NCBI GenBank assembly: GCA_951406725.2
Contig: OX597825.1
Location: 34,224,001-34,288,000 of the forward strand
Source of the DNA: Octopus vulgaris
Taxonomy: Eukaryota
Length of the DNA stretch: 64,000 bases
Direction of reading: 5' to 3'
Shown here in pieces: positions 1 through 13,215 of this stretch (its first letter is position 1; every line of letters starts with the position of its first letter). A model generated the notes under the pieces. That model made no database searches and had not been told where the DNA came from. It worked only from the letters and a program-made list of their open reading frames with translations. A program made the position numbers and the translations under genes.

Positions 1-372
1 TATCGAAAAATAAAGACAAAAAATAAAAGAATAAAAAATAAATAAATAAAAAAATAATTTAAAAACATGTGAACATAAAGATAAAGTGAGATAAAAATAA
101 AGGGATACAGGAGAATACATGGCGGTTAGAGATGATGGGTTAGAGTTTTGATGCCGTGGTGAGTGTCGTAAATTATTTTTAATTATTTGGGGGAGGGGAG
201 CAATATAGTAGTGGGCGAATGGTCATTCTAAGCTACATGCTCAAATTTAATGAGTCTGTATGTATGTGTGTGTCTATATACTTATCTACTTTCAAATATA
301 AAAGCGTCTGGTACTAGTCCGGGGTCGGTGTTATTATCAGTCAACATATACACGCACATGTATATATATATG

Positions 373-1428
373 TGGACCTTTTCATTTCCAAGGCCTGTTT
401 TGTCAGATTTTTCTAGTTAACTAAATAAATTGAAACTTCGTATCCTGGTAGAGTGTCTCAAAAGAAAACACTAGTTTCAACTTGTTTATTTGAGAAAAAT
501 GTATTTTATAACTTTAAGGGTAGATTAAATCTGCGAATTTTAACCAATCGTATTGTTTGTTTTCATTTGAAATAATTAACTGCATTATCTTAGTGTGACG
601 TAGAAAGCTATTTTGTGACGTAGACAGCTGTGCGTAGGTCTGTGTTTTGTGTGCGTGTTTGATGGGGTGTGGGAGACAGAAAGTATGTTGTGTAAGTGAA
701 GTACTTCTGTTAGTGTGTGTGAAGAGACAGAGAGAGATAACTGAAATTTTTTACTCGGTGTATGTGTATATGTATGTATGCATGTATGTGTGTGTGTGTA
801 TGTATGTATGGCAGATTCAGTGTTTACATTATTTCGAGTTAAAACGAAAGATTACCAAAGAAAATTTTGTCTATATCTTCGATCACTGTCATTATTCCAT
901 TGAGTCAACCTCATTATTTTCTACATAGCAAAGGTAATCTTTCGTTTTAACTCGAAATAATGTAAACACTGAATCGGCCATACATATATACACACACATA
1001 CGAAAGATTGTCAAAGATAAAAAGTTACAGAAATAAAAGTTACACGAATAAAGAAAGGAATAAAAATCACAAAAAATATACGAAAATTTACAAAAACTAA
1101 GTTAGTTATATAATATATAAGTTTAATATATAAGTTAGTTAATAATACGGTAACCGGGTGTTTACATTTCACGTATGTTAAATACGTCAGCAAAATAGCC
1201 GTTTACGTCTATTGAGACGGAGTAAATAATATGAAGCCGAAAGACCGAATACCATTGGTTAAAATTCTAATTATTAAACAACGTTAAACTTTGAAATTAC
1301 AATTCCGTTTTCATTCTGGTTTACAATTATGTTTTCTTTTGACACATTCTACCAGTATACGAAGTTTCAAATTGTTTGGTTAAGTAGGAAAAATCGGAAA
1401 AAACAGGCCTTGGAAATGAAAAGATCCC
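373..1428. mobile_element. Non-autonomous TIR DNA transposon (MITE) with internal hairpin
   Basis: Imperfect TIRs of ~100 bp (ggaccttttcatttccaaggcctgttt / aaacaggccttggaaatgaaaagatcc). Internal inverted repeat at ~814-857 / 933-975. A related terminus occurs at ~37140-37226. Confidence 0.7.
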
Positions 1429-2561
1429 ATGTCTATACACACACACATATATATGTATGTATATATATATATATATACACACATACATATACACATACAC
1501 ACACATACACATGCATACACCCACATGTATGCGTCCGTACATGTTCACCCAAGTTCATGCGTACACACATCTGCTTACATATGCATACATACATACGTAT
1601 ACACACGTGCACATGTGCATATAAGTACATATATACAAACACACCCAGATTCACAAACATACACATATGCATATATAAACCCACATGCACAGAAACATGT
1701 ACACCCATTCACATGCATATATATCCCTATGCACTCGTACAAAAAAGTACAAATATATATATATATACATACACATATATACACCCATACATCCATATAT
1801 ATACACACAGCTACACGCACACGCACAGACATACTCACATGCACACATATGCCCATATACACATATACACACATGTGTGCGAGTGTGTGTACATTACCGA
1901 AGGTACATACTTCCACGCAAGGATACGTGTAACTCTCGAAAGATATAGATCTCCACACCTATACGTTCGAAGATTCATTCATGCACACACGCAAAAGAAC
2001 TCACATATTCCAAATGTTTGTCTCAAATATGGTGGTGTAACAATTATAAATAAATCATTAGCAAGTTAATGATGTGTAAGGGTAAAGCAGAAAAAAAAGT
2101 AAAAGATGCGGTAAAATTAGAGAAAAATAAAAATAGGTAACAATAAAGTAAACAAAAACTTAGAGAATTAAAGATTAAGAAATTAAAAATAAAGGAGAAA
2201 ATAAAGATAAGACTAAAATAAAGGTAAAATGAAGATAAAAAAATACTAATGAAAGAATAAAAATAAAATAGGGCTGAAAGAGTAAACTGAGAATAAAAAT
2301 AAAAATAACATAAAAATAAAGGTGAATGTAAACGTAAAAACCTAGAAAGGTAGGAGAACAATCAGAAAGGAAATGGTGGAGTTAGGAAGACATAGGCAGG
2401 AAAAAGAGGAATTAGGGAACGATCGTAAGCGAAATAAGAGAGGTGAGGGGGTAAAAAAAAATACAAGGGAAAAAAATTCAAGGAAATAGACTCAATATCA
2501 AAGTATAGAAGTGGAAAATGAGATAGGAAAAGTAATCGAGAAGTGAGTTATGTATATGAGC

Positions 2562-3284
2562 CTAAGCCTTGTAATATTTGAAGGTTTTAGTTAATTTATG
2601 CATACAAGATGTTTTAAATTCAGATCTTTTATTAATTAATTTGTTTTCCTCCTTGAATTTAATGATATTCAGGAGTTCTACGCAACACAGTTGGCACCCT
2701 GTTCTATTATTTTTATAAGGCGCAGCCGTTCCGATAATGGACCACCTAAGGCTAAAATCTATATTATTGTCTTTAAGCACCCAAGTTTTTCTAGATAAAG
2801 AGGTACTACTAGCCTTGTGTCTGATCCTAAAGGATGACCGGTGGTTATAGAATCTGGATTTCCAGACGGATGAGCAACCAATGTAGGTAAGTGCGTTTAA
2901 TTGGGTACTTACTTGACAGGAATAAATTACGTTTTTAGCTAAACATTTTCCGCGTAAACGACAGGCGGGTGCATCTTCACAGTTGCATCCGCAATTTGCA
3001 ATTCCCGGCCGTCTGTTATTACTCCTTGGGCAGGTAATTTGTGTATGGTTACTGTGGAGGTTGCTATTGTGGTGTATGGAAGCTCTGCTAGTATTTTCGC
3101 CGTTGTTACTGTTATTATCACTATTGGTGCTATTTAAGTTGTTTGGGTCTATCTTTCCTTCGCTTCGAGTCCTGATATTGGAACTGTGTTCTGCGTTATT
3201 ATTATTATTAATGCTAGTTATACAGCTATTACAATTGGTATAATTAAGTTCACGATTGTTATTCAATGTGGATTGAGCTATCAC
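2562..3284 (-). pseudogene. Penelope-like element C-terminus: Cys-rich linker and GIY-YIG endonuclease (5'-truncated)
   Basis: CGCNC..CRLRGKCLAKNVIYSCQV...TYIGCSSVWKSRFYNHRSSF...LRWSII...CQLCCVE...LINKRSE..CMHK matches the PLE GIY-YIG domain. No RT is present. Confidence 0.85.
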
Positions 3285-4578
3285 ATTAAACTATGTCTTC
3301 CTAACTCCACCCTTTCCTTTCTGGGCTTTTACGTTTACATTCACCTTTATTTTTATTCTCAGTTTACTCTTTCAGCCCTATTTTATTCTTTCATGAGTAT
3401 TTTTTTATCTTCATTTTACCTTTATTTTAGTCTTATCTTTATTTTCTCCTTTATTTTTAATTTCTTAATCTTTAATTCTCTAAGTTTTTGTTTACTTTAT
3501 TGTTACCTATTTTTATTTTTCTCTAATTTTACCGCATCTTTTACTTTTTTTTCTGCTTTACCCTTACACATCATTAACTTGCTAATTATTTATTTATAAT
3601 TGTTACACCACCGTATTTGAGACAAACATTTGGAATATGTGAGTTCTTTTGCGAGTGTGCATGAATGAATCTTCGAACGTATAGGTGTGGAGATCTATAT
3701 CTTTCGAGAGTTACACGTATCCTTGCGTGGAAGTATGTACCTTCGGTAATGTACACACACTCGCACACATGTGTGTATATGTGCATATGGGCATATATGT
3801 GCATGTGAGTATGTCTGTGCGTGTGCGTGTAGCTGTGTGTAATATATGGATGTATGGGTGTATATATGTATATGTGTATATATATATATTTGTACTTTTT
3901 TGTACGAGTGCATAGGGATATATATGCATGTGAATGGGTGTACAGATTTCTGTGCATGTGGGTGTATATATGCATATGTGTATGTTTATGCTTTTGGGTG
4001 TGTTTGTATATATGTACTTATATGCACATATGCACATATGCACGTGTGTATACGTATGTATGTATGCATATGTACGCAGGTGTGTGTGTGTATGCATGAA
4101 CTTGTGTGAACATATTCGGACGCATACATGTGGGTGTATGCATGCGTATGTATATGTATGTGTATATATATGCCTGTATATGTATGTGTGTATATGTATA
4201 TATATACATATGTATGTTTGTGTGTGTGTATGCACATGTGCGTGTATACGTAGATATTTGTATGTAGGTGTATGCGCGTTTTTTCTTTGTGTGTATGTGT
4301 ATATATATATGTGTGTACGTGCGTGTGTGTATGTGTGAGTATATATATATATATATATATATAAATTTTAGGGTAGCAAAAAATTCTAGAAAAATTCTCC
4401 GCTACCAGCGGTCAAGTGAGAAAGAAAAAATAGTCAATAGACTATATAATATACATTCAAACATACAATGGATGGCCATAATAGGACATCCAACACACAC
4501 TAGAAAGAGCAGATAAACTCCAAACCACTAATAGTTGTAATTTTGAAATGGAAAGAGAAATAAAAACGTTTACCCCCT

Positions 4579-4664
4579 CCTTTCTGAACTATGCATAGTT
4601 TCGGCAAACATTTGTAAATAAAATTTATTTATTTACCACTGGCGTTGCCTCGTCAGCATAAAAG
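4579..4664 (-). ncRNA. Type I hammerhead ribozyme motif
   Basis: Minus strand reads cttttatg CTGACGA ggcaa...ttgcc GAAA ctatgcatag TT cagaaagg, with one mismatch in stem I. Confidence 0.75.
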
Positions 4665-4921
4665 CCTCGCGTCTATATGCTATAAATTTTCAAAATCCAC
4701 CGCATTCGCGCGGTTTTCTCAGCAGTAAATATAAACTGCCGATTTAATTTCAAAATTAGCCAAAAAATTATTAATTAATAAATTTTAGGGTAGCAAAAAA
4801 TTCTAGAAAGATTCTCCGCTACCAGCGGTCAAGTGAGAAAGGAAAAAATATTTTGAAAATTTATAGCATATAGACTCGAGGCATGCTTGTTATCGCCTCG
4901 TGAATATATGGTAGTCCTTGG

Positions 4922-5008
4922 CTTTTCTGCTGACGAGGCAACGCCAGTGGTAAATAAATTAATTTTATTTACAAAAAGTTTGCCGAAACTATGCATAGTC
5001 CAGAAAGG
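4922..5008 (+). ncRNA. Type I hammerhead ribozyme motif (intact core, GUC site after 5000)
   Basis: cttttctg CTGACGA ggcaa..(gtaaataaa/tttatttac hairpin)..ttgcc GAAA ctatgcatag TC cagaaagg. Stem I is 8 bp and stem III is the palindrome ACTATGCATAGT. Confidence 0.85.
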
Positions 5009-5077
5009 AGAGGGTAAACATTTTAATTTCTCTTTCCATTTCAGAATTACAACTATTAGTGGTTTGAAGTTTAGCTG

Positions 5078-5169
<92 letters not shown>

Positions 5170-6121
5170 TATATGTGTGAGTATTTGTGTATGTGTATAT
5201 ATATGTGTATGCGCGTGTGTGCTTATATATGGGTGTATATATATATATGGGTGTATGTATGTATATATATATATATATATATATATACATGTGTGTGTGT
5301 ATGTTGACTGATAATAACACCGACCCCGGACTAGTACCAGACGCTTTTATATTTGAAAGTAGATAAGTATATAGACACACACATACATACAAACTCATTA
5401 CATTTGAGCATGTAGCTTAGAATGACCATTCGCCCACTACTATATTGCTCCCCTCCCCCAAATAATTAAAAATAATTTACGACACTCACCACGGCATCAA
5501 AACTCTAACCCATCATCTCTAACCGCCATGTATTCTCCTGTATCCCTTTATTTTTATCTCACTTTATCTTTATGTTCACATTTTTTTTAATTATTTTTTT
5601 ATTTATTTATTTTTTATTCTTTTATTTTTCGTCTTCATTTTTCGATTTTTATTTTATTTTTATTTCCTTTTTGTTTTTTTACTTTTTATTTTATCTTTTA
5701 CCCTTTATTTCTTGTACCTTTTACACTTTCACAATACATTTCTAGAATTTATGGCCTTATACGTGACATCCTTTGTATCTTTATATACTTATTTTTTTAC
5801 ATCTTTACTTTTTTTATTATATTTTATATTTATTATTATCCTTTATAATTATGTTTAAATTTATACATATACATTTTTTTCTTTTTTGTGATCCCAACTT
5901 CATTAAGGCTTCACCCCCTTCCCCTCCTTTTCCCTTTCTCTCAACATCCAATTCCTTCATTCTTTATCGAGTGAAAAAACGGTATGGACGATTTGCTTTG
6001 GAGTCTCGCAATGCCATATACGCCTATGAGGATTTACTTTCCCAATGAAAGTCGGTTTTTTCCTAAACTTTTTATCAAACCTGCTATAATGTGATACATG
6101 TCTTTGGTGTGGTAATTGTAC

Positions 6122-6208
6122 GCGGCTGAAGAAGGCTTTTGATCTACCTGTTACATCAATTATGCATTGATATAAGTTGTTCAATAAAGCCCGAAACATG
6201 TGTACCGC
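6122..6208 (+). ncRNA. Type I hammerhead ribozyme motif in PLE 3' region
   Basis: gcgg CTGAAGA aggcttt...aaagccc GAAA catgtg TA ccgc. Confidence 0.75.
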
Positions 6209-6310
6209 AAAATCCTTTGCGTCCTGTTTTTCTTTTGATACATATATCCTATCACCTATACCACTAGCTGGCATACACAGGTGCTTACATTTATCAAGTA
6301 TTAACCCTGA

Positions 6311-6364
<54 letters not shown>

Positions 6365-6366
<2 letters not shown>

Positions 6367-9300
6367 TCGTCTAAGTTTGCTAGTTCGCGGTACACCCGCC
6401 CCCTCCACCTGTACCGGAAGTCCCTATCCTTTGTCATCCGTTGGTTGTCTCCTATGAACATTTCTAAAGGCTTTGTGCCTTCCCCACCCCTACTTAGGGT
6501 TTATCTCCTATGTAAGGTAGTGATCATATAGTGCAAAAATATGATAGTGTAGTATATGCAGGTTGAACTTAAGGCTATTGTTTGTTTATGAATTCTGCCA
6601 AATGCGAGCTCTCTTTTCAGGAACATGACGCTGCTGTCCCCCGCCCCAGGGTCTCAAGGGACCATACCTCCCACACCCTCAGAGCTGGCACTCTCAACGT
6701 CGACACACTGAAAGGTAGGTCTAGTGAGATTGTTGAAATGCTTGAACGGAGATGTGTCGATATGTGCTGCATCCAAGAAGTATGGTGGAGAGGCGGTTCC
6801 GCTAGGTTTCTCACAGGTAAAGAACACAGGTACAAGATTTTCTGTGCAGGGAACACTGATGGGGTCGGGGGCGTGGGTATACTTCATGAAAAGAATTGGG
6901 TGGATAAGGTAATCGAGATAGTCAGAGTATGCGACAGAATACTTAAGATTAGATTAGTGCTTCATAATGGGTTAGCAACCATTATCTCAGCCTATGTCCC
7001 TCGGCCGAGGCTACCCGATGGATAGAAAGACCGATTCTATGACACCCTCTTGCAGACTACCTCGTTGACGAATGACAGGGACCTTCTCTTTGTGGCTGGT
7101 GACTTCAATGGACATGTTGGATAACATACAGGGGACTTCCATGGCTTACATGGAGGCTACGGTTTTGGTTCCTGCAATGAGGAGGGAACCAAGCTGCTGG
7201 AGTTCTGCGATGCAAATGATCTTATGGTTTGCAATACTAACTTCAGGAAACTAACTTCAGAGATTTAGAGACATATTACTTGAAGCCTTTGACGAAATAA
7301 AAGGGCATATAGCTTCACACGATGTAGAAGTCAGCTGGAGGTTTCTACGGGAAAATCTGCTGAGGGCCACTGACTAGATCTGTGGATGGTGCAAAGTCCC
7401 CTCTCGACCCAAAATAACGTGGTGGTGAAACAAAGTTGTTGACAGGGCTATTAGAGAAAAGAAACAGGCTTGGAGGGACTGGAAGAACGGTGGTAGCAGG
7501 GGATTGTATCAGACTGTCAGAAGGGAAACTAGGAGACAGGTTTATTTAGCCAGAGGGAAAGCAGATAAGAAAAAAGTTGCCAATGTTCTGCAACGTGAAG
7601 ACCAAAGACTTGAGGTATTTCGTGTTGCAAGACAGTGTGAGAGAGAGAATCGTGATGTTGTAGGAGAGAAATGTGTCCGCATGGATGATGGTTCACTTGC
7701 ACTAAAGAAGGCTGCAAAGAGAGAAGTTTTGAGACGCCACTATGAAAGGTTGCTCAATAAAGAAAATGAATGATAGAGAGTCTGCCGAATGTCGACCCAA
7801 CAGACATACCAGCTATCCGAGTCGACAGTACCTTGCTAGATAAAGTAATTAAGAGTATGAAGACAGGAAAAACCCCCGGACCACCAGGAATCATTGCAGA
7901 GATCCTCAAAATATCTGGCAGTGTTGGCTATAGCCTAGTTACCCGTATAGTTAACCAGGTGATACGCAAATGAATCAAACCCAATGACTGGTGTAGCAGC
8001 ACTATAGTCAACTGTTACAAAGGTAAAGGTGACGCTTTAGATACAAATAATTACAGCAGTATCAAGTTGTTGGATCAGGTAATGAAGGCCACGGAGAGGG
8101 TCATAGCCCAACTAATTAGGGAGAGAGTCAGTTTAGATGAGATGCAGTTTGGGTTCGTGCCAGGGAAAAGCACCACTGATGCTATATTTTTGGTAAGACA
8201 GCTGCAGAAGAATACCTAGCCAAAGATAAACCTCTGTACCTGGCTTTTGTTGACATAGAGAAAGCCTTTGACAGGGTCCCCCATTCCCTTATCTGGTGGT
8301 CAATGAGGAAACTAGGGATAGATGGATGGTTAGTGAGAGCTGTGCAAGCCAGGTACACGGACGCTGTCAGTAAGGTGATGGTTGGCAACGAGTACAGTGA
8401 AGAATTCTGGGTAGAGGTAGAGGTAGGGGTCCACCAAGGTTCAGTCCTCAGCTTCCTCCTATTTATCACAGTCCTCCCATAACAGAGGAATTCAAGACAG
8501 GATGCCTCTGGGAGCTCCTCTATACTGATGACCTTGCTCTAATTACTGAGTCGCTATCAGAACTAGAGGAGAAGTTTCAGGTGTGGAAACAAGGATTAGA
8601 ATCGAAGGGCCTTAGAGTCAACGTAGCTAAAACCAAAGTCCTAAAAAGTAGGAAGGCAGGCAAACCACAAATCCCTTCAGGTTGATCGCCCTGCTCAATC
8701 TGTAGAAAAGGCGTAGGTAGAAACTCTATAAGATGTACCCAGAGTAAGCTATGGACACATAAGAGGTGTAGCAATATCAAAGAAGGCTACCTTGGAAGAT
8801 AGTTTTTGTATGTGGCAGATGCTCAGGAGCAATAAACACTGAAAATGTGCAGTGAACAACTTCTGCCATATTCCAGGGAGAAAAACTAGAAGTAGTTGAT
8901 AGCTTCCGTTACCAAGGTGAAACATGGGCTGTTACTGCTGAGGACATGAGTAAGCTTGCAAGGAATGAAGCGAGTATGCTCCGATAGATGTGCAATGTCA
9001 GTGTGCATACTCAACAGAGTGTAAGTACCTTGAAAGAAAAGTTAGACCTAAGAAGCATCAGATGTGTTGTGCAAGAGAGACGACTGCGCTGGTAAGTTCA
9101 TGTGACGAGAATGGATGAGGATAGCTGTGTGAAAAAGTGCCACACCCTAGCGGTTGAGGGAACCTGTGGAAGAAGAAGACCTGGGATGAAGTGGTGAAGC
9201 ACGACCTTCGAACAGTAGGCCTCACCGAAGCAATGACTAGAGACAGAGACCTTTGGAAATATGCTGTGCTTGGGAAGACCCTGCAAGCCAAGTGAGACCA

Positions 9301-9795
9301 TAACCTCGAAATCAAATTCGATGACTGGCATCTGTGCTAGTGGAGCGCTAAGAGCACCATCCGAGTGTGATCGTTGCCAGAGCAGCTAACTGGCTTCCGT
9401 GCCGGTGGCACGTTAAATGCACCGTTCGAGCGTGATCGTTACCAGTGTTGCCATACTGGCACTTGTGCCGGTGGCATGTGAAAAAATATTTGAGCGTGGT
9501 CGTTGCCAGTGCCGCTGGACTGGCTCCTGTGCATGTGGCACGTAAAAACACCATTTGAGCGTGGCTGTTGCCTGCACCGCCTGACTGGCCCTCGTGCCAG
9601 TAGCACGTAAAAGCACCCACTATACTCTCGGAGTGGTTGACATTAAGAAGAGGATCCAGCTGTAGAAACTCTGCCAGATCAAGATTGGAGCCTGGTGCAG
9701 CCATCTGGTTCGCCAGTCCTTAGTCAACTCGTCAAATCGTCCAACCCATGCTAGCATGGAAAGCGGATGTTAAACGATGATGATAATGATGATAT
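6365..9795 (+). mobile_element. RTE-clade LINE, degenerate (APE + RT + Cys/His finger), (GAT)n tail
   Basis: APE motifs GTLNVDTL, CCIQEV and GDFNGHVG. RT motifs QFGFVPGKSTTDA, DIEKAFDRVP, VHQGSVLS and YTDDL. CSICRKGVGRNSI finger. Many stops and frameshifts. Confidence 0.9.
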
Positions 9796-9802
9796 ACATA
9801 TA

Positions 9803-9880
<78 letters not shown>

Positions 9881-9999
9881 TAGATATATATATATATATA
9901 TTAATAATTTAATAAAAAATAATATAAAATGTACAGTTATTCACCAAAAGTGAATGATATTGATTTAAGACGATGATGATGAAAATAATGAAGGTAATG

Positions 10000-10993
10000 T
10001 CTGCACAGCAAAGAAGATTTAAAGCTCTTCAGGTGACGCCTCTTCTTCGGGTGTATTAGGAGAAGTCGTATTTCCGTGCAAGGTTTTCTTTGTGGGCTTG
10101 AACATTGTGATGGGAATTTGCTGTTGTTGTTTCTTCTTGGTAGAGTTTTATATGTCTGTATGGCAGCATTGATGGTATTTTTAAAACTGGAGAGAGCAAA
10201 CCAAATAGGGATCCCATGTTTCCGCCTCCCCTTGCAATTCCTTTGCTGTCCCTAAAAGGTCGGACTGACATTCGATTGCCAGGCCTTTCTAATCTTCCTC
10301 TTCCTTTGGATCTAGCACTTCCTTCCCCTCTTTGCTGGCAGACTCCGTTAACTCCAATAAATCTTCGTCTGTCAGGGTTTCAGAGTGGGCATCGATGAGG
10401 TCGTTGACCTCATCTTGCGTGATATCAAAACCAGTGCATCCAGTGGACAGGCAGCAGATTTTTATTCTAACTTTTGAAAGCCCTCGGGTTCCCAAACTTG
10501 TAGGTAAGTCCTGGTTTCATCATGAATCCAACAGCATTGCCACACTTAAATAGCCTCACTCTGTCCCTCTGTGCCTTAAATACTAGGACTCTGGCTTCGT
10601 CCCTCATGATGTACTTTCTGGAAGGTATCTTCTTCCAGAACAAGCTAGTTTCGTCCATAATGAAAACCTGTTCCAGCTTGTATCCCTTGTCCTCGATGAT
10701 ATGCCTGAAGGTCTCGAGGTACTTCTTAGTGGTTTCTTTGTCGGTTGATACTGTCTCTCCAAGCAAGGAAACTCACCTTATTTTAAACCGTTTATGGAAA
10801 TGGTCAAACCATCCCTTGCTGGTTTGAAAATCTTCGGGCTCCGGTGCTGTCAATGATCTAGGTTCTGGTTCTTTGGTGCCTTCTGCTTCGTTTCCTCTGT
10901 CAAACCACTGGTGTAAATTCCACGCTTTCTCACGGATGATGTTACCACTCAAGGGATGTTATTTTCCCCCTGCAGTTACTGATCCACAATGCC
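10000..10993 (-). pseudogene. pogo/Tigger (TIGD1-like) transposase remnant
   Basis: SKGWFDHF (CENP-B HTH), GYKLEQVFIMDETSLFWKKIP, CGNAVGFMMKP and LTDEDLLEL. Confidence 0.85.
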
Positions 10994-11795
10994 ATGGCAG
11001 ACTCTATTTATCGATGTAAAATTACTTCCGGTTCAGACGTCTTTTTTTTAATAGGTAGTTCTTCCTCTCAGTTGTCCAAAAGAATATCTAATCATTACTC
11101 TACATTTAGACATATCAACAAATATAACAATACTGGGCTTAGTAAATTAATTTGGTCTCTAAAAGAACATAATAAACAATTTGATTTGGACTGGAATATT
11201 CTATCTAAGTCATTTCCATATGATAAAGGTAAATCTTTTTGTACGCTCTGTAACGATGAACTTTATTTCATCCTGTTCTCAGAAAATCCACTTGTTAACA
11301 CGTTTAAAGAATGCATTTATAATTGCAAACATAAGCAAAATATACCTATAGTTCATATAAGTGATTTCTATCAATCTGTGAAATTCGACCTTTAACTGTC
11401 TTCTTACATTTCACTCCCACTAAATATATCTATTTCCATGCCTTTAACCTTTATTCCTATTCACCTATCACACTATATTTCTCCACTTTCAATTTTCTGC
11501 TAATTTCTTTCTTCCTCCGCCTTCTCTTTCTATAAATTGCCTTTGACATAATATATACTAATGTTTGCTTTTTTAAAGTAGCGTACTAGCATTCACTTCA
11601 TCATATATGCAGTAATCACATTCGGTTAAAATGTCTTATTGATGTGTTTTGCTTCTCTTTCTTTCCCTGGTGAGAAGATTGCATTGTTTTTCATCATTTT
11701 AATCCTTCTGGAATAATACCAATGTTTTCTTCGAAACATGTTGGAAGTATAAAAATTTGAATAACACCTGCATTTAACTCCATTTATTTAATTAT
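10994..11795 (+). mobile_element. Penelope-like 3' fragment (GIY-YIG C-terminus and 3' UTR) ending in (TA)n
   Basis: ORF 10994-11395: IYRC...LIGSS...RISNHYSTF...LDWNIL...CTLCNDE...CKHK. A degenerate hammerhead lies downstream. Confidence 0.8.
11662..11747 (+). ncRNA. Degenerate hammerhead motif (CUGGUGA core variant)
   Basis: tttcc CTGGTGA gaaga...tcttc GAAA catg TT ggaag. The core A6 is changed to G. Confidence 0.55.
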
Positions 11796-11821
11796 ATATA
11801 TATATATACATATATACATAT

Positions 11822-11854
<33 letters not shown>

Positions 11855-11869
11855 TATATGTGTGTGTGC

Positions 11870-11913
<44 letters not shown>

Positions 11914-11989
11914 GTGTGTGTGTGTATAGGCATAGCTGTGCGGTAAGAAGCTTGCGTATGATGCCTTCTGTTTAAGTTGACTAGTCCAG

Positions 11990-12790
11990 TCTCCTTTCAG
12001 TTGTATAAGACAGTTGTATGCTCAGAGTACCTACACAGTAGTTCTCCAACTCTGGTGATGTTATTGCTCTCTCTTTTGAGTATGCATGAGATGTACTCAT
12101 CGCTTTTACTATTCAGCAGGTGTTGTCTAAGTGATACAATGCAAATTCCAAAGGTTGTTTGGACTGACCCATTATTTCACCTCACATATATCCTATTGGT
12201 GTTGCTGTTAATGTGGAAGTTGCTCGTGGTGGTCAGTACCTTTCTGGTTTTGATGTCCAGACTGCATATCTCATCAAATGTCCAATCCAATATCCCAAAT
12301 GTTGGTATTAGCAATGGTGCTGCAAAAGTATTGTGAGATACGGTCTTGTTAAATGCAGACAGCCCTGACTTCCATATTTTCCAGAGTCTACAGAAATACT
12401 CTGTTGTTTTTCTGGCTCTAGTCACAGTACCAACTTATGCAACATTCTCATAATTCCAAGGTACTTGTAGCTTTCATCAAGCCATTGATGTTCATGTTCT
12501 TTGTCTGGTCGACAATCTTTCCCCTATTGACTATCACGTATAAGCATTTCTCTTGCTTAAACTCCATTCCAAAATTTTCGTGTAGTTCTAACTATCTCTT
12601 GATGCTGATCACATTACACTTTAGGTCATCAACAAAAATGTGTGGATGACATTAACCTTTTTCTTTCCTGCATATCCCAACATGTAGCCCTCGCATTCTG
12701 TGAACAGGGCCAACAAGGGATTCACTGCCAATACAAACAGTATTACAGATGAAAAAAAATATCACATTGGAATATGTCTGTTGATAGCTT
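11990..12790 (-). pseudogene. R4/Dong-like LINE RT remnant
   Basis: ILFVLAVNPL, FVDDLK and KIWKSGLSAFNK..SHNTFAAPLLIPTFGILDW...DIKTRKVL. Confidence 0.7.
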
Positions 12791-12907
12791 AACTCTGTAA
12801 CACCAGGGGTTGCTTTAGCAGCTGTTAGTGATAACTGTGTGAAGCATATAGTGGTCAGTCTTTCAGTGGCATTCACTGTAGCAGCTGGTACCATAGCAAT
12901 GTGTAGT

Positions 12908-13215
12908 GATGTATGTATACATATGTATGCATGTATGTATGTATGTATGTATGTATGTATGTATGTATGTATGTATGTATGTATGTATGTATGTATGTAT
13001 GACTGTATGTATGTATGTATGTATGTGCGTGTATGTATGTATGTATGTATGTATGTATGTATGTATGTATGTATGTATGTATGTATGTATGTATGTATGT
13101 ATGTATGTGTGTGTGTGTATGTATGTGTGTATGTATGTATATCTGTCTATCTATGTATGAGTGTGTGTGTATGCATGTGTTTGTATGTATATGTATGTGT
13201 ATTAGTGTGTGTTTG
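12908..13215. repeat. (ATGT)n/(GT)n microsatellite
   Basis: Direct inspection. Confidence 0.95.

Larger units (their letters stand above)
4361..5080. mobile_element. Non-coding hammerhead-bearing element (pLTR/retrozyme-like): ~417-bp unit, partial direct repeat and inverted copy
   Basis: 4361-4432 is repeated at 4778-4850, and ~4920-5080 is the inverted copy of ~4505-4666. Flanked by (TA)n and (TC)n/(TA)n. Confidence 0.75.
1..6315. mobile_element. Fold-back Penelope-like element remnant (inverted 3' arms around a GIY-YIG fragment) with nested insertions
   Basis: 1-370 is the reverse complement of ~5281-5646, and ~1430-2395 is the reverse complement of ~3291-4230. A GIY-YIG ORF fragment lies in the centre. 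The right arm carries a hammerhead motif and ends in (TA)n at ~6315. Confidence 0.7.

Noticed and set aside
1327-4338. Long His/Thr/Tyr/Ile or Met/Tyr/Val/Cys ORFs (also at 12.8-13.3, 16.4-16.9 and 19.0-19.3 kb)
   Set aside because: They are translations of stop-free (CA/TA/CATA)n microsatellites, open on both strands.
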